A stretch of 64,000 nucleotides of DNA. Source: the human T2T-CHM13v2.0 reference genome, Homo sapiens. The notes beneath the pieces were generated by a model. The model saw only the letters and a program-made list of their open reading frames with translations. It ran no database searches and was not told the origin of the DNA. The position numbers were made by a program, and so were the translations under genes. Shown here one piece after another: positions 58,401-64,000 of the stretch. The stretch is from the NCBI RefSeq assembly GCF_009914755.1, contig NC_060930.1. The stretch is one strand, 5' to 3'. Position 1 is the first letter of the stretch, and every line of letters starts with the position of its first letter.

Positions 58401-59296
58401 CATTTTCCTTTTCTCTTTCTCCAAAAAGATAAAAGAACAGATACACTAGTACTTGCTCACCCAGAAATGCTGCTGCCTGCCAGCATGTGAACAGAAGAGC
58501 CTGCAGGTATTCCAGATAACATTGGTTCTCTGTCTTCAAGCTGGGATAGCCTAGATGTCATAGCAGAGTTCATATGACTTCAGATGTAAACTCCTGCTTT
58601 ATCTCATTGATCTTATTAGATATTGAAAAGTCCCTCACAACCTACGGTCAATCCTGTCTGGCTTCTGTCAGTTCTATTCCTACCAGCAGGTGAATCTGGA
58701 AATACTCTTTGCCCTAAGCCTATTTTAGACCCTAGGATGCTTAATGCTTACCAAGCTGCACTATCCAAGTTTACCATTGTTTTGAAGCCTGGCCCTTGGG
58801 TGGCACCTGCTTAGTCATGACCCTCATCCTACCCACTTCTCACTGATTACTTTTGTCCATGAGGTCCCAGACCACCTTAAATGTGGTCCCATAAGAATAT
58901 TTCTGACTATGTGACTATATTTCACTTTAATTTTTGATATATTTAGTGGGCCAAAAAGTCTTTTTATGATACAGCAACTTTGCTTTTTAAGATTTGAGTA
59001 GGAGAGAAAACAGATGGTTTGTATATACTGAGACATACAAATATAAAGATTAGCTTTCTTTATGTATTTATTTATTTTTACCCTTTAGCTATGGATATTT
59101 ATTTCTGTGAACTTATTTACATATAATTAAAATACCTAGTTTTTAAGGGCAGAATACATCCTTATTCCAAACTATAGAAATATAATGTTGGAGGCTTTTC
59201 AGGTAATAAGGAAGGATAAAATGGGAGAAAAGTATCAGAGTTCAATTTTTTAAAAATAATTTACCAATATTTTTAATGCTTTCAAATAGATTTTTA

Positions 59297-61559
59297 TTTT
59301 TTCTCCCAATTTTTAAGTTCAGGGGTACATATACAGGATGTGCAGGTGTATTAGATAGGTAAAGGTGTGCCATGGTGGTTTGCTATATGGATCATCCCAT
59401 CACCTAGGTATTAAGCCCAGCATCCATTAGCTATCCTTCCTGATGCTCTCCTTCCTTCCACCCCCTACCCTCTGACAGGCCCCAGTGTATGTTGTTCCTT
59501 GCCATGTGTCTATGTGTTCTCATCCTTCAGCTGCCACTTATAAGTGAGAACATGCAGTGTTTCGTTTTCTGTTCCTGTGCTAGTTTGCTGAGGATAATGG
59601 CCTCCAGCTCCATCCATGTCCCTGCAAAAGACATGATCTTGTTTCTTCTTATGACTGCATAGTATTCCATGTGTATACGTACCACATTTTCTTTATCCAG
59701 TCTATCATTGATGAGCATTTAAGTTGATTCCATGTCTTTGTTTTTGTGAATAGTGCTGCAATGAACATATGCATGCATGTATCTTTATAGTAGAATGATT
59801 TATATCCTTTTGGTATATAGCCAGTAATGGGATTGCGGGGTCAAACGGTTATTCTGCTTCTAGGTCTCTGTGGAATCACCACATTGTCTTCCACAATGGT
59901 TAAACTAATTTACACTCCCACTAACAAGGTGAAAGTGTTCTTTTTTCTCCTCATCCTCTCCTGCATCTGTTTTGTTTTTTGTTTTCTTTTGTTTTTTACT
60001 TTCTAATAATAGCCATTGTAACTGGAGTGAGATGGTGTCTTATTGTGGTTTTGATTTGCATTTCTCTAATGATCAGTGATGTTGAGCTTTTTTTCATATG
60101 TTTTTTGACTGAATGTATGTCTTCTTTTGAGAAGTGTCTGTTCATGTCCTTTGCCCACTTTTTAATGGGGTTATTTTTGTCTTGTAAATTTGTTTAAGTT
60201 CCTTGTAGATGCTAGATATTAGACCTTTGTCAGACAGATAAATTACAAAACATTTCTCTCATCCTGTAGGTTGTCTGTTCACTCTGATAGTTTCTTTTGC
60301 TGTGCAGAAGAGCTTTAGTTCAATTAGATACCATTTGTCAATTTTTGCTTTTGTTGCAATTGCTTTTGGCATTTTTGTCATGAAATCTTTGCCCATGCCT
60401 ATGTCATAAATAATGTTGCCTAGATTTTCTTCTAGGGTTTTCATAGTTTTAGGTTTTACATTTAAGTCACTAGTCCATCTTGAGTTGATTTTTTTATATG
60501 GTGTAAGGAAGGGGTCCAGTTTAAATTTTCTGCACCAGTTTTTCCAGAACCACTTATTGAAAAGGAAATCCCTTCTCTATTGCTTGTTTTTGCCAGGTTT
60601 GTCAAAGATCAAATGGTTGTAGATGTGTGGTCTTATTTCTGCGTTCTCTATTCTGTTCTCTTTGTCTATGTGTCTGTTCTTGTACCAGTATCATGCTGTT
60701 TTGTTTACTGTAGCCTTGTAGTATAGTTTGAAGTCAGGTAGTGTGATGCCTCCAACTTTGTTCTTTTTGCCTAGGATTGCCTTGGCTATTGGAGCTCTTT
60801 TTTGGTTCCATATGAATTTTGAAACAGTTTTTTCTAGTTCTGTGAAGGATGTCAATGGTAGTTTGATGGAAATAGCATTGAATCAATACATTGCTTTGGG
60901 AAGTATGGCCATTTTCACGATATTGATTCTTCCTATCATTGAGCATGGAATGTTTTTCATTTGTTTGTGTTATCTCTGATTTCTTTGAGCAGTGTTTTGT
61001 AGTTCTCCTTGAAGAGGTCCTTCACTTGCCTTGTTAGCTGTGTTCCTAGGTATTTTACTCTTTTTGTGGCAATCGTGAATGGGAGTTCATTCATGATTTG
61101 GCGCTCTGCTTGCCTGTTGTTGGTGTATAGAAATGCTAGTGATTTTTGCACATTGATTTTGTATCCTGAGACTTTGCTGAAGTTGCTTATCAGCTTAAGA
61201 AGCTTTGGGGCTGAGATGATGGGGTTTTCTAGATATATGATCATGTCATCTGCAAACAAGGATAGTTTGACTTCCTCTCTTCCTATTTGAATACTCTTTA
61301 TTTCCTTCTCTTACCTGATTATCCTGGCTAGAATTTCCAATACTATGTTGAATAGGAGTGGTGAGAGAGGACACCCTTGTCTTGTGCCAGTTTTCAAGGG
61401 AAATGCTTCCAGTTTTTGCCCATTCACTATGATATTGACTGGGGGTATGTCATATACGGCTCTTAATATTTTGAGGTATGTTCCTTCAATACCTAGTTTA
61501 TTGAGAGTTTGTAATATGAAGGGATGTTGAATTTTATTGAAGGCCTTTTTTTGCATTTC
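59297..61559 (-). mobile_element. 5'-truncated L1PA (L1PA8-11-like), ~2.3 kb
   Basis: Minus-strand ORF2 peptides ([31 protein letters not shown]); TSD caaatagattttta. Confidence 0.93.
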
Positions 61560-61569
61560 CAAATAGATT

Positions 61570-61943
61570 TTTAAATTTTTGTTTTAATTTTTATTTTTTT
61601 AAATTTTAGATTCAGGATGTACATGTCCAGGTTTGTTATGTGGGTATACTGTATGACATTAAGGTTTGGGCTTCTAATGATCCTGTTGCTCATGTATTGA
61701 ATATAGTACCTAATGGGTAGTTTTTCAGCTCTTTTTCTCCTCCAAACCTCCCCCATTTTGGAATCTCTAGTGTTTATTGTTCCCATCTTTGTGTCTCTGT
61801 GCACCCAATGTCTAGCTCCCACTTATAAGTGAGAATACTCAGTATTTGGCTGTTTCTGTGCTAATTCACTTAGAATAATGGCTTCTAGCCACATCCATGT
61901 TGCTGCAAAGGATATGATTTTGTTTTCTTTTTATGGCTGCATA
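61570..61943 (-). mobile_element. Older L1 (L1PB/L1MA) 3' end
   Basis: tagctcccacttataagtgagaata...atccatgttgctgcaaagg; the younger L1 inserted at its tail. Confidence 0.8.
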
Positions 61944-62144
61944 AAGTTTGGCTTTAAAAACTCTAATATTACTGAGTATTTGTTAACTGACAAAATTATA
62001 AAGGATTTAGGACAATGAAGTCTTTAAATTCAGCCTGGATACAGGTAAAATCCTCTAATTGGTACAAATTACCTACCCTAGGAAGAGGGTATATCATGAA
62101 TCATTATTCTACTAAAAGCAAGCTTCATCTTATAACTATTTTAG

Positions 62145-62464
<320 letters not shown>

Positions 62465-62669
62465 TGTACTGATCTTAAACATAACTATATATACTCTCTC
62501 TCAACTCATAGTTAGTTATGTCCAAGATATACAAAACTAATACGGACACACATTAGATCAGAAAAACCATGCCAAACAAATATGCAAGTGAATGATAAAT
62601 TGTTTTAATTGTATATGATTAAAGGGCAGGTACATTTCTGATCTGTAAATTAATGAACCATTTAGCCTA

Positions 62670-64000
<1,331 letters not shown>

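Overview
Primate (almost certainly human) genomic DNA, AT-rich and repeat-dense. The only real gene is the terminal coding exon of TMEM200A on the + strand: splice acceptor at 9190, 491-aa CDS at 9207-10682, then a 3' UTR with several AATAAA signals up to about 12.2 kb. The rest is intron and downstream intergenic DNA containing Alu, MIR, L2, MaLR/ERV1/ERVL LTRs, MER20/Tigger3 DNA transposons and several L1s. One L1 is a decayed full-length L1PA3/4-type element nested in a two-LTR ERVL-class provirus remnant. Observations not explained by ordinary repeats: (1) an orphan ~135-bp fragment of an ATP8B-type P4-ATPase gene with an intact DKTGT motif at about 53.05-53.18 kb; (2) a ~333-bp, ~93%-identical inverted duplication of apparently unique DNA at 37.1/38.1 kb, with one arm inserted in an L2; (3) an L1 ORF0-like antisense ORF that reads in frame into ERVL integrase sequence; (4) one clear and one possible L1 3'-transduction. 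Repeat subfamily names come from recognition by eye and need RepeatMasker confirmation.
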